A DNA stretch of 64,000 bases, taken from the IMG/VR virus record IMGVR_UViG_3300027749_000060, positions 1 through 64,000 of that record; one strand, given 5' to 3'. The translations under genes were made by a program, and so were the position numbers. This stretch comes from a virus. Each line of letters begins with the position of its first letter. Position 1 is the first letter of the stretch. The notes beneath the pieces are model-generated. The model saw only the letters and a list, made by a program, of their open reading frames with translations, searched no databases and was not told the DNA's origin. Shown here in pieces: positions 44,879 through 54,384 of the stretch.

Positions 44879-46645
44879 CTATGAGTCTATATCAGTCCCA
44901 TACGTGGTATAACCGTTGCTTTTGGTGACCCTTAATATATTTTCAACCCTGGCAACTAACTCATCTCGATGACTAACTAACCAAACACTCTTCTTGCCAT
45001 CCCTGCTGAGTTTTTTAAGTATAGCCAATGAACTTTCCATTCCGCTGGAATCTAAACCTGAGTCAACTAATTCGTCGACAAATAACAAATTGACTTTCTG
45101 ATATAGGCTTTCCCATACATCACGGAATGCCCAACTTAAACTTAATATAAGTCTATTGCGCTCACCTCGGCTGAGATTGTCAAAGTCTAAATCTCTACCT
45201 AGCTCTGTGATACTGACTGTGAGATCATTTTGAAACTCAACTTGATGTGGCAGTCCAATCTTTTCTAAGTAGTAACTCAGTCTGGTATTTAAATAACTTA
45301 AATTTTGATCAATTATTTTTTTGCGAATAAAACTGTCTTTGCTGGTTAACAACTTGAGTAAGAATTCTTCATGATCCTTCATCTTAGTCAACTGGTTAAT
45401 ATTATCGTAGCTAACTTCTTCTAATGCAGTTTTTGTCATTTCTTCAATTTGATCATCGTATGGATCAATTTCAAGTTTTTTCTGTTCTATTTGCTGCAAC
45501 AGATTTGCTAATGTAGCTCTATGCTCAACGGCGTCTGACTCGCGGTCGTAAAACACATTAGGATGTGTACCTAATGCACCCAAGTCGTTTAATTCCTGTG
45601 TATTTTCTATGTATTGAGTATTAGTAGCTAGCGACTGTAGTGCAGCCTCTTGCAATGCTTTCTTTTTGCTGTCTAACAATTTTACTTGTTTATCATCGTG
45701 GAATGATTGCCCGCAACTATGACATGTATGATTTTCTAAACTGGCTATTTCAGTTTTAAGTTGATCAATAAGTTTAATTTCGCGAGTTTCATCTAGTTCA
45801 CAGCGTTTAATTAAACTGTTAAGAGTTCTAATCTTTGTTGATTTTTCGTTGTAGGCTGTTAATGCACGATGTGCAGCTAGCTCTGCCTCAATGTCAATTT
45901 GATTCAATTGATCATATGCGCTTTGTAGTTGGTCGCAATCTGTATTGTATTTGTTAACCCAAAGAGTTTGTCTGCGTCGTAGGGCTTGAATTTGTTCTTC
46001 TATGCGTTTATTTGCATCAATGACAGCTCTAATGCGGAATTCGTCCTGCTGTATATCGTCTTTGGTCTGTTTAATTCTATCTTTTAGTACTTCTGCTTTT
46101 TCACTTAGCAGGGTAATACCCATTAGCTGCTCAATGATTTCTCGTTGATCGCTGGCCCGTAGACTTAAAAAGGGCTCTGTATAGGTGTTTAATGCAACAA
46201 TATGCTTAAACATACTGTGGCTCATGCACAATAGTCGTTCAATGTCCTGCTGTGTTTCTCTACTATCGCCCTGACTTTCATCTACAATCTGTTGCTCAAC
46301 ATCAGCAACATAAAATTTCATCACGTTAGGTTTACGTCCGCGTTCAACTCTATATTCAACGCCGTCTTTTTCAAAATCAATAGTAACCATCATGCCTTTG
46401 GCATTAGTTCTATTAATCAGATTGTCTTTTTTGATATTGGTTAGTGCATTGCCATACAAAGCATAGCTAACTATATTCAATAATGCGCTTTTTCCAGTGC
46501 CGTTGCGAGCACCGCTATCGTCGCCGCCTAAGTCGAGGTTCTCGCCCAGTATCAGTGTTAGGTCATTACGATCTAAATTGACACTCTGGGTAACATTGCC
46601 AATTGACAAAAAGTTTTTTGCCGTAACAGATTTTATTTTAAGCAT
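44879..46645 (-). CDS. gp46: Recombination endonuclease ATPase subunit (gp46/Rad50/SbcC-like)
   Basis: KNFLSIGN, Walker A NGTGKS, zinc hook CHSC, signature LSRGE, Walker B LFVDE, H-loop VSH. Confidence 0.95.
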   Translation of the reverse strand: MLKIKSVTAKNFLSIGNVTQSVNLDRNDLTLILGENLDLGGDDSGARNGTGKSALLNIVSYALYGNALTNIKKDNLINRTNAKGMMVTIDFEKDGVEYRVERGRKPNVMKFYVADVEQQIVDESQGDSRETQQDIERLLCMSHSMFKHIVALNTYTEPFLSLRASDQREIIEQLMGITLLSEKAEVLKDRIKQTKDDIQQDEFRIRAVIDANKRIEEQIQALRRRQTLWVNKYNTDCDQLQSAYDQLNQIDIEAELAAHRALTAYNEKSTKIRTLNSLIKRCELDETREIKLIDQLKTEIASLENHTCHSCGQSFHDDKQVKLLDSKKKALQEAALQSLATNTQYIENTQELNDLGALGTHPNVFYDRESDAVEHRATLANLLQQIEQKKLEIDPYDDQIEEMTKTALEEVSYDNINQLTKMKDHEEFLLKLLTSKDSFIRKKIIDQNLSYLNTRLSYYLEKIGLPHQVEFQNDLTVSITELGRDLDFDNLSRGERNRLILSLSWAFRDVWESLYQKVNLLFVDELVDSGLDSSGMESSLAILKKLSRDGKKSVWLVSHRDELVARVENILRVTKSNGYTTYGTDIDS

Positions 46646-47661
46646 TAGAGAGTACGATAGATTTCAAGCAACAAGTTAGTATTATAGTTATCGCTGGTAA
46701 TACCTGTCAATTGATTAGACACAATTTGATCCACGCTTTGAAATGATATGTTGCCTTGTGCAACCATGCCTTCGAGATCCACATTTGATTGTGGAATTAA
46801 TTTAATCTCTCTAAGATGATGACTATTAATAAACGTTTCTTTAATAAAACTAGCTTCTTCGTAGCTAATGTCGATGTCCAAGTTGACCCTAGCATGCATA
46901 TTCTTACGTAACAACCTATCGGAGTCATTTAAGATACTGCTGAGATTGTATACTCTATACACGGGTTGATCAGGCCATGCATGATATACAGGCTCTTGTC
47001 CCCATTCAAGTATCATTAGTCCGCGTTCGTCGTCACCGGCATCGGCATAGTTATGCGGAAAACAATTGCCAATGTAAGTAATATTCTTTTTAGTTTGACG
47101 TTTATGAAAATGCCCAGTAAACACATGATCAAAGTGATTAAAGTCTTCTCTATGCACAGTGCCGTGATCGGGCATTTCTACCATAGCATTCATCAGGTAA
47201 CCTGGCAATTCAAAATGCCCAAACATATACCTGGCAGATAGCTTAGGTATACGTTTATGGTCGTCGGCAACAAGCCAAGGAGCAATAACTACATCGCCCT
47301 CAATGAGCCAATCGTTGCAAATGACTACATTCTTTAAATGTTTAGCCCACTCAACACTTTGTACATCGCGCTTGTCTCTATAATACAAATCATGATTGCC
47401 GGGTATAAAAAACACCCTATCAAAATTTGCATTTAAATGTTCTAATGCTTGTAGACTATAATTAAGAGTAACAATATTAATGCTAGCTCTATTATTATGC
47501 CAATCACCAAGAAACATGGCTGTTTCGCAGCCCTCTTCCTTGGCCTTAGCAGTAGCCCACTTTACAAAATTTAAACAGTCATCGTTGTGTTGGCTGCTGT
47601 TTGATTTTAATCCAAAGTGGATATCAGTAAAGACAGCAGCTTTTTTAAAAAGATTACTCAT
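46645..47661 (-). CDS. gp47: Recombination endonuclease nuclease subunit (gp47/Mre11/SbcD-like)
   Basis: DIHFG, LGD, GNHD, GHFE, GHFH metallophosphoesterase motifs; stop overlaps the gp46 start. Confidence 0.95.
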   Translation of the reverse strand: MSNLFKKAAVFTDIHFGLKSNSSQHNDDCLNFVKWATAKAKEEGCETAMFLGDWHNNRASINIVTLNYSLQALEHLNANFDRVFFIPGNHDLYYRDKRDVQSVEWAKHLKNVVICNDWLIEGDVVIAPWLVADDHKRIPKLSARYMFGHFELPGYLMNAMVEMPDHGTVHREDFNHFDHVFTGHFHKRQTKKNITYIGNCFPHNYADAGDDERGLMILEWGQEPVYHAWPDQPVYRVYNLSSILNDSDRLLRKNMHARVNLDIDISYEEASFIKETFINSHHLREIKLIPQSNVDLEGMVAQGNISFQSVDQIVSNQLTGITSDNYNTNLLLEIYRTL

Positions 47662-47667
47662 TCATCT

Positions 47668-47697
47668 ATTATAACAGTTTGCCCTACAGTATGTAAA
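47668..47697 (-). promoter_or_regulatory. Sigma70-type promoter for gp47 (TTTACA-18-TATAAT, extended -10)
   Basis: Minus strand TTTACA-tactgtagggcaaactgt-TATAAT-agatga-ATG. Confidence 0.75.
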
Positions 47698-47708
47698 GCA
47701 TTATGGCG

Positions 47709-48590
47709 CTAATCGTGGTCGCCATCGCTACCACCTGTATAACCAGATGACATACCTTGTCTGGTATAACTTGGATTAAAGTTATTCATTTCTAAAATAT
47801 CGTCGCGTAAGTTCTGATTACGTTTTTCAATATTCAACACACGAGTAAAGCTATTAGTGATAGCGGCAGTATAATACGCAAAAGGGTTCTGCGATTTTGA
47901 CTCATCAAATTGGAGTCCAATTTGGCTGAGTTGTAGTAAGGCTTGGCTTCGCATTTCGTCATTGTAGGTATATCCTCTCCAGTTTGATCTTGTTGCATAT
48001 CTCTCGCATAATTTCATAAACATCAGGGCTAGCTTTTTAGTCATAGACCCATGGTCTCTTGACCATTCTCCGTCATCTATATTGCCCTTCCAGTGGCTTT
48101 TGCCTACGCAATAGCTAGCACCGTTTACATCAATTTTATAATGTTGGAACGGAGGGAAATTGCATTTAGTGTATTTAATTATTGCAGCTGGTACTTTATA
48201 GTCGGCGTCGTCATCGTATTCGGTATGAGCAGCGGCTTCTTCGTCTGCCGCGTCTTGACTCTTTTTAGTAGCAGCTTCGTTTATTGGTACATGAGCCCAA
48301 GTCATTACTCGAAAAATTACATCTGTAGTAGGAATTTCTTCAGTTGGAAGTAAAAATTCGTCTAGTTTACGTTTTTCGCCCTGGGCAGCAGCAGCTTCAA
48401 GTTGAAGTTTTGCTAATCGCTCTGCTCGATTTTCCTGTGCTTGCCGTATGTTATCTGTGGTGATCTGTAATAAATCATGGATAATCATATCATAGTCGGC
48501 GTAGTCTGGTAATGTAAAAGTACAGTAAGTACTTTTGCTACGGTGTATCTCTTTTAAGATATCTTTATTATTTAGGTAATTATGTTTAAT
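47709..48590 (-). CDS. gp55: Late-transcription sigma factor (gp55-like)
   Basis: NYLNNKD, NWRGYTY.DEM, FD..KS.NPFAYYT....NSF......EK motifs; next to gp47/gp46 as in T4-like phages. Start placed at ATT 48590 (track gives TTG 48608). Confidence 0.85.
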   Translation of the reverse strand: MKHNYLNNKDILKEIHRSKSTYCTFTLPDYADYDMIIHDLLQITTDNIRQAQENRAERLAKLQLEAAAAQGEKRKLDEFLLPTEEIPTTDVIFRVMTWAHVPINEAATKKSQDAADEEAAAHTEYDDDADYKVPAAIIKYTKCNFPPFQHYKIDVNGASYCVGKSHWKGNIDDGEWSRDHGSMTKKLALMFMKLCERYATRSNWRGYTYNDEMRSQALLQLSQIGLQFDESKSQNPFAYYTAAITNSFTRVLNIEKRNQNLRDDILEMNNFNPSYTRQGMSSGYTGGSDGDHD

Positions 48591-48625
48591 TTTTATTCTC
48601 CTTAGCAAATTACTGCATTGTTTTT

Positions 48626-48654
48626 AGTTTAGCATATAAATCAACGTATTGCAA
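48626..48654 (-). promoter_or_regulatory. Sigma70-type promoter for the late sigma gene (TTGCAA-17-TAAACT, extended -10)
   Basis: Minus strand TTGCAA-tacgttgatttatatgc-TAAACT. Confidence 0.65.
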
Positions 48655-48688
48655 CCATTTAAGTATAAACATAGCATATTTTAACTCA

Positions 48689-48696
48689 TATAAATA
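48689..48696 (+). promoter_or_regulatory. T4-type late promoter (TATAAATA)
   Basis: Exact T4 late consensus 19 nt upstream of the ATG at 48716, the start of the baseplate operon. Confidence 0.75.
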
Positions 48697-48715
48697 TAGT
48701 TAAGAAGGTACAACC

Positions 48716-49642
48716 ATGCCATTTAATATTCCAGATTTATCTACAACTGCCATACAAAAAATGACAGGGCCTCCTAACCTATACCAGAGTCTGTCGGGAA
48801 TTTCTAATCCAGTCAGTGACTTAACGTCGTTGTCAGATCCGGCTGCTAGTAGGTTGTCTTCAGCGGGATTGTCAAAAGGTGCATATCTGCCAGATGCTGA
48901 CGAAGTGGATCCTTCTAACATAGATTATGAAGAATCCGACGATACTAGCCAAGATGGTGGCGGAGGCGGTGCCGACGACGATAACGAAGGCGACAGTTCG
49001 TCTCCAACGTCCTCTAATAGGGCTGCATTTAAAACGTCGCAAATTGCAGCATTTTCTGGACCACAGGGCAAAGATTGGCGTTTAAAAGTCACGTGTAAAG
49101 AAATCTCAAACTTTTCTGGATTATTAGGACCATTAAAAAATACAGGTGGCGTTATATTTCCGCACACTCCTACAGTTACAGTTGGGTATCAGGCAAACTA
49201 TGCAGCACAGAGATATACACATAGTAATTATCCAATGTATACATATGAAAGCAGTGAAGTTCAACCTATACAAATATCTGGAGAATTTACTGTACAAAAC
49301 AGTGCAGAGGCAGCCTACGTATTAGCTTGTATTTATTTCTTTAGGGCAAGTACAAAAATGTTCTTTGGATCTTCAAAAAATGCAGGTGCTCCTCCCCCAA
49401 TAGTCAGACTTACTGGATACGGAGATCAATATTTTCCGTCAGGTGGTGTTCCTTGTGCAGTAACCTCGTTTACTCACACTATGCCGCCTGATGTAGATTA
49501 CATTAATACAGGGCAAACTCGAATGCCCGTAATTAGTACCATAACAGTAAATTTACAACCAATTTACAGTAAATCAACTTTGACAAAATTTGATTTAAGT
49601 AAATTTTCTACAGGTGGACAACTAGGAACAGGATTAATATAA
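48716..49642 (+). CDS. Baseplate/tail-tube initiator-like protein
   Basis: GVIFPHTP...HSNY...ISGEFT...FFR...KMFFG...GAPPP..RL.GYG...SFTHTMP.DVDY; first gene of the baseplate operon, followed by a gp53-like gene. Confidence 0.6.
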   Translation: MPFNIPDLSTTAIQKMTGPPNLYQSLSGISNPVSDLTSLSDPAASRLSSAGLSKGAYLPDADEVDPSNIDYEESDDTSQDGGGGGADDDNEGDSSSPTSSNRAAFKTSQIAAFSGPQGKDWRLKVTCKEISNFSGLLGPLKNTGGVIFPHTPTVTVGYQANYAAQRYTHSNYPMYTYESSEVQPIQISGEFTVQNSAEAAYVLACIYFFRASTKMFFGSSKNAGAPPPIVRLTGYGDQYFPSGGVPCAVTSFTHTMPPDVDYINTGQTRMPVISTITVNLQPIYSKSTLTKFDLSKFSTGGQLGTGLI

Positions 49643-49944
49643 TGGCTGCAATATACTCAAAAACTAGTCCGTACTATACAACCTCTGTTACCGGTAATTT
49701 TTTAAATGTGTTGGCATACCGCCCTATCCCTAAAAATCCAATGGATATAAAATATACAATTGATTATGTTTATGAATTTAGGCCTGACATGTTAGCATCT
49801 GACCTATATGATAATTCAGGACTGTGGTGGGTATTTGCAATAAGAAATCCAAATGTAATTGCAGATCCAATATTTGATTTCTATGCTGGTCAGATTATAT
49901 ATCTTCCTAGTAAAGATACATTAATTTCATCATTGGGAATGTAA
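49642..49944 (+). CDS. gp53: Baseplate wedge protein (gp53/LysM-like)
   Basis: RPDMLASDLYDNSGLWWVFAIRN...DP.....G..IYLP. Confidence 0.8.
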   Translation: MAAIYSKTSPYYTTSVTGNFLNVLAYRPIPKNPMDIKYTIDYVYEFRPDMLASDLYDNSGLWWVFAIRNPNVIADPIFDFYAGQIIYLPSKDTLISSLGM

Positions 49945-49945
49945 A

Positions 49946-52219
49946 ATGGCTGACAACGGTGCTTATGCACGATATCTTGAAGCTCAAAGGCAACAAGCCA
50001 TTAAAGATAACAAGGCTAAATTTTCAGCTGTATCTAAAGCAGAAGATGATAAAATAAAACTCCGTGGCGCCGGGTACGGCGATTTAAGTACCGGTGCTCA
50101 AATAAACAATAGAGCCAATGGCAAATTACTTAGATCGGGCGGATCCCCGGCAGTGGGCACATCGGGCAAAGTATCCGACCCGTATGCTGATAATAGAAAA
50201 AATGCAGGTAAAGGTGGGTATGACGAAGCAGGTGACCCAATTGACAATTATTCTTCTAATAGAAAAAATGCAGGTAAAAGTGGGTATGATGAAGCAGGCG
50301 ACCCAGTTGATCCGTATGCAAAAGACCGTGCCAATGCTGGTCAGTCTGGATACGATGAAGCCGGTACAAAAATTAATAGTGACGGCACACCAGGCGGATC
50401 TCAAAAAGTAAATTCCAATGGGGAATCTAGTTCAAGCGACTCGGGCGGCGGTGGTGGTGGAAGTGGCAACCCACTGGATCAATACGCCAACTATACATAT
50501 GGTTTAAGCCTGCATGTAATTAAACCCGAAGAATACGAGGGATTAAAGCCAGGGTACAATCCCGATGGAAAAGTTTTAATTGCCAGCGGTGGCCGGCAAG
50601 GTAGCGGATTTGGGCGTATTGCAGGATTCCAGTCTGATTTCTATTTTGATAATTTTAGGATGACTACAATAATAGGAATGAATCAACGCACTCGCGGCAG
50701 TAATGTAATAGATATGCAATTTACAGTACTAGAACCGTTTGGCATGACACTATTAGATAAGATACTTAAAGTAGCAGATCTACTTGGAGCAAAAAATTGG
50801 AACGAAATGCCGTTTGTAATGCAAATTGATTTCTTTGCTAATACCAACGATGATAGGTCTGTATTAATATCAGGGCATACAAAATATATTCCTATTAAAT
50901 TAATTGAATGTAAAATATCAGCAACTTCAAATGGCGCAAGTTATCAATTCCATGGTATTCCATACAATCACGCTGCTTTTCAAACTAATTCTGTTTCTAC
51001 CCCAGCCTTTAATGAAGTAACTGCCAAAACTGTTAAAGAATTTTTTAGCAGTGACAGTAAAGACAAAGGCAGCTATGCATTGGCATTAAATAATTATCAG
51101 AAAAAATTAGCGGCAGATGAAGCTAAGTATCAAGAATTTCCTGACATATATGAATTTAAGATTGATTCAGAAATAGGTGATGCTAAGATTGTATACGAAA
51201 AAAGAAATAACGTAAAATCTGCACCAATGGCAAGTAAATCAAATAAAACAGCCACAAAGGACGACGGAAAACGTGCCGCCGAAGGTGGATCTGCTGCACA
51301 ATTGGATTTAGAATATCAAGCGATTCCTATCAACGCAGGAACTTCCATTATTGATGTAATCAGCCAAGTTATAAGAAATAGTAGTTATATGGCGGAACAA
51401 GTTGGTAAAGGTGGCGACGACCTTATAAAATCTTGGAGGGTTATTCCTGAAATTAAAATATTAAAATTTGATAATTATAGAAAAATTTATCAGAAAAAAT
51501 TTACTTATCATGTTAAAAAAGCTGATTATCATAATACAAAATATCCAGATGCTCCAATGAAAATGCCAACAAAGATTTCTAGGAAATATAATTATTTGTA
51601 TACTGGAAAAAATCAAGATGTATTGGATTTTGCTATAGATTTTAATGTGGTATTTTATACAGCAATGACTGCAAACAGAGATAAATTGAAAAAAGTTGAA
51701 GTTGATAAAGAAACCAAAAAAAATGAAAAAGATAAAGGTGTAAGTGCGTCGGCCAGCCCAAATAAATTAGATCCAAAACATGTAAAGACTGTTGCTACCC
51801 AAGCCGATGTAGCAACCTCTGCCCAAGGAGCAAACGATGCAAAAAATGTGTCATCGAATGATTTAGTTAGATCAATGTTCACCGATTCTCGTGGTGATAT
51901 GATTAATATTAATTTAAAAATATCAGGGGATCCTGCATATATCAAACAAGATGATGTATTTTTTAAACCTTCTGCCAGTAACAATTCTGCAGGAACAATT
52001 GACCAGCACGGTAGTTTTTCCACGGACAACGGCGAGCTATTTGTTGAAGTTAATTTCAGAACTCCGTCGGACATAAATCCAAGTACTGATACGTATGATT
52101 TTAGCAATAGTGAAAAAACAGCGTTTAGTGGAACATATAGGGTAATGACAGTTGACAATGTTCTTGAAAGAGGACAATTCACTCAAACGTTGTCGTTGAT
52201 TAAAGTTTTTCCAGCATAA
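49946..52219 (+). CDS. Baseplate hub protein (gp27-like position) with low-complexity N-terminal extension
   Basis: NPLDQYANYTY.LSL, F.V.EPFG, L.I.GDP and FSG.YRV..V.N....GQFTQ.L.L C-terminus; lies between gp53 and gp5. Confidence 0.65.
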   Translation: MADNGAYARYLEAQRQQAIKDNKAKFSAVSKAEDDKIKLRGAGYGDLSTGAQINNRANGKLLRSGGSPAVGTSGKVSDPYADNRKNAGKGGYDEAGDPIDNYSSNRKNAGKSGYDEAGDPVDPYAKDRANAGQSGYDEAGTKINSDGTPGGSQKVNSNGESSSSDSGGGGGGSGNPLDQYANYTYGLSLHVIKPEEYEGLKPGYNPDGKVLIASGGRQGSGFGRIAGFQSDFYFDNFRMTTIIGMNQRTRGSNVIDMQFTVLEPFGMTLLDKILKVADLLGAKNWNEMPFVMQIDFFANTNDDRSVLISGHTKYIPIKLIECKISATSNGASYQFHGIPYNHAAFQTNSVSTPAFNEVTAKTVKEFFSSDSKDKGSYALALNNYQKKLAADEAKYQEFPDIYEFKIDSEIGDAKIVYEKRNNVKSAPMASKSNKTATKDDGKRAAEGGSAAQLDLEYQAIPINAGTSIIDVISQVIRNSSYMAEQVGKGGDDLIKSWRVIPEIKILKFDNYRKIYQKKFTYHVKKADYHNTKYPDAPMKMPTKISRKYNYLYTGKNQDVLDFAIDFNVVFYTAMTANRDKLKKVEVDKETKKNEKDKGVSASASPNKLDPKHVKTVATQADVATSAQGANDAKNVSSNDLVRSMFTDSRGDMININLKISGDPAYIKQDDVFFKPSASNNSAGTIDQHGSFSTDNGELFVEVNFRTPSDINPSTDTYDFSNSEKTAFSGTYRVMTVDNVLERGQFTQTLSLIKVFPA
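50170..50370 (+). repeat. 66-bp (22 aa) coding repeat x3
   Basis: DxYxxxRxNAGxxGYDEAG repeated with 66-nt spacing (GYDEAG codons near 50217, 50283, 50349). Confidence 0.85.
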
Positions 52220-52231
52220 GAGCAAATAAAA

Positions 52232-54376
52232 ATGTCTAAAACAGATAGAAGAATAGGAAAAAAAGTACCTGACTATATACGCAGGGAAGATGCTGCGGGC
52301 GTAAGATTTGATTCGGGTCCGTATGTAGGAAAAATAAAAAACAACTACGATACTATTCGCCAAGGGAGACTTCAAGTATGGATTCCTGATTTAGGCGGTG
52401 GTGACGAAGACGATGTCTCAAATTGGCGAACCGTTAGCTATGCAAGTCCATTCTTTGGTTCTACGTATCAAGAACCCGACAATAAGAAAAATACATTTAA
52501 AGATGTAAGACATACTTACGGGTTCTGGTTTACACCACCAGATATAGACAATTTTGTTATGTGTACTTTTATTGCCGGAGATCCTCAACGCGGATTTTGG
52601 TTTGCATGTATACCATCGCAATTAGGGCAACATATGGTTCCTGCTATAGCAGGAACGAGTAGCTACGACACTGAGGGAATTACCAATAGTGCAGTGCAAA
52701 AAATGAACAAGCCGTCGGTGTTGCCGGTAGTTGAATTTAACGAAAACAAAGAACAGGATTGGACAGATTTCACTGGGCTAAAGAAGCCGTTACACGAAAC
52801 ACAAATTGAGATATTAATAACACAGGGTCTTGATAGGGACACAGATCGAGGAGTAGTAAGCAGCAGTAGCCAACGCGAGAGCCCTAGTAGGGTGTTTGGA
52901 ATTAGTACCCCGGGGCAACCCGAATCGGGTGCTACTAAAGACGAATTTGTTTATACACGTAAAGGTGGACACACTTTAGTAATGGACGATGGTGATTTTA
53001 AAGACAAAAATAGAATATTTAGATTGCGATCGTCAGGTGGCCATCAAATTATAATGAATGACACCCAGGATATATTTTATATTGGTAACAGTAAGGGAAC
53101 AGCCTGGGTTGAATTAACCGAAGCAGGAGCAGTTAATATCTTTAGTGACACAGATATAAACTTTAGAGCAAAAGGTGATTTTAATTTCCATGCTGATAAA
53201 GATTTTAAAATACATGTAGGTGGCAAATTTAGTTTATTTGCTAAAACATCTATCCAATCAGAATCTGAACTAATAACATCAACCTCTAGTGCAAAGACCA
53301 CTATATTTGGTAACGGTGTTGAAATTGGCAGCGAGTCTACTATTGATATTAATCCTGCAGGAGCAGGTAGTTTCACATGTGGGCCCACATTAACAATGTC
53401 GGCGGGCACAATAAAATTAAATTCTGGTAGTGGCCCAACAGTATCAAAACCTGACAAGATTACAGTCAACGATGTAAATGAAGCCGAACTTGACGGAAGT
53501 GGACAATGGCAAACTAAAGCAGCCGCATTAAAAAGCATTGCAAGTGTTGTTCCAACGCACGAGCCGTGGCCTCGCAAAGGTGGAAAACCAAATGCAGCAG
53601 CTAGCGGCGCATCAAGTGCAGCAGGCGGTGGTAGTAGCAGCACCAGTGGAGGTGGCAACACTGGCGGCAACACTGGCAGCGGCAACTCCACATTAAATTC
53701 AGGTACAGGTGGTGCAGCTACAGATGGTAAAGGAAATCCGGCTGTTAGTGGCCAGTCGGGCGACGGCGGCGGCCCTAATGCCGCAGCGTCACAAAGTGTT
53801 AAAAATCCAGCATCAAAATCGTCTATGTACAATAAGGACAATCCAACTCCTACTACAGGGGTAGGCCCATTGGATCCTATAGATAAAAAAGCACTTAAAA
53901 CACAAATAGCTCATAACGAAAGTGGCGGCAGGTATGATATAGTTGAAGCTAAGAGAGGCAACTATTTAGGAAAATATCAAATGGGCGCAGGTGCGTTAGT
54001 TGGCGAGGGATATATTAAACCTGATGCGTATGCTAAATATGGGTCATCCGCAGTTAATTATCCCTCAAGCTGGACCGGTAAAGGCGGAGTATCATCAAAA
54101 GAAGACTTTTTAAATAATCACGATGCACAGGAAAAATCAATGGATGGTCTACTAGATAAAAATTATTCCACGTTACAGAGAACTGGCGGAGTCAAACCCG
54201 GAGACAGTAAAGAAACTGTATCCGGTATGTTGGCAACAAGTCACCTATTAGGTGCAGGAGGTGCAACAACATGGCGTAAAACAGGTGGCGGCGCAGATGC
54301 CAATGGTACATCGGGTACCTCTTATTATAACATGGGCCGGTATGCATCTAATGTGCTAGCCAAACAAACTGCTTAA
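52232..54376 (+). CDS. gp5: Baseplate central spike (gp5/VgrG-like) with C-terminal lysozyme-like domain
   Basis: D..RQGRLQVWIP OB-fold start, GGH..VMDD and GHQI.MND beta-helix entry, HEPW, Gly/Ser linker, then IAHNESGG.Y...YLGKYQMG muramidase-like motif. Confidence 0.8.
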   Translation: MSKTDRRIGKKVPDYIRREDAAGVRFDSGPYVGKIKNNYDTIRQGRLQVWIPDLGGGDEDDVSNWRTVSYASPFFGSTYQEPDNKKNTFKDVRHTYGFWFTPPDIDNFVMCTFIAGDPQRGFWFACIPSQLGQHMVPAIAGTSSYDTEGITNSAVQKMNKPSVLPVVEFNENKEQDWTDFTGLKKPLHETQIEILITQGLDRDTDRGVVSSSSQRESPSRVFGISTPGQPESGATKDEFVYTRKGGHTLVMDDGDFKDKNRIFRLRSSGGHQIIMNDTQDIFYIGNSKGTAWVELTEAGAVNIFSDTDINFRAKGDFNFHADKDFKIHVGGKFSLFAKTSIQSESELITSTSSAKTTIFGNGVEIGSESTIDINPAGAGSFTCGPTLTMSAGTIKLNSGSGPTVSKPDKITVNDVNEAELDGSGQWQTKAAALKSIASVVPTHEPWPRKGGKPNAAASGASSAAGGGSSSTSGGGNTGGNTGSGNSTLNSGTGGAATDGKGNPAVSGQSGDGGGPNAAASQSVKNPASKSSMYNKDNPTPTTGVGPLDPIDKKALKTQIAHNESGGRYDIVEAKRGNYLGKYQMGAGALVGEGYIKPDAYAKYGSSAVNYPSSWTGKGGVSSKEDFLNNHDAQEKSMDGLLDKNYSTLQRTGGVKPGDSKETVSGMLATSHLLGAGGATTWRKTGGGADANGTSGTSYYNMGRYASNVLAKQTA

Positions 54377-54384
54377 ATACTATT

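Noticed and set aside
44879-47661. Anti-phage or novel defence nuclease-ATPase pair
   Set aside because: Motifs and position next to gp55 match the ordinary T4-like gp47/gp46 recombination complex.
51655-53841. Minus-strand ORFs of 175 and 254 aa opposite the hub and gp5 genes
   Set aside because: Antisense shadows of well-supported plus-strand genes with low-complexity translations.
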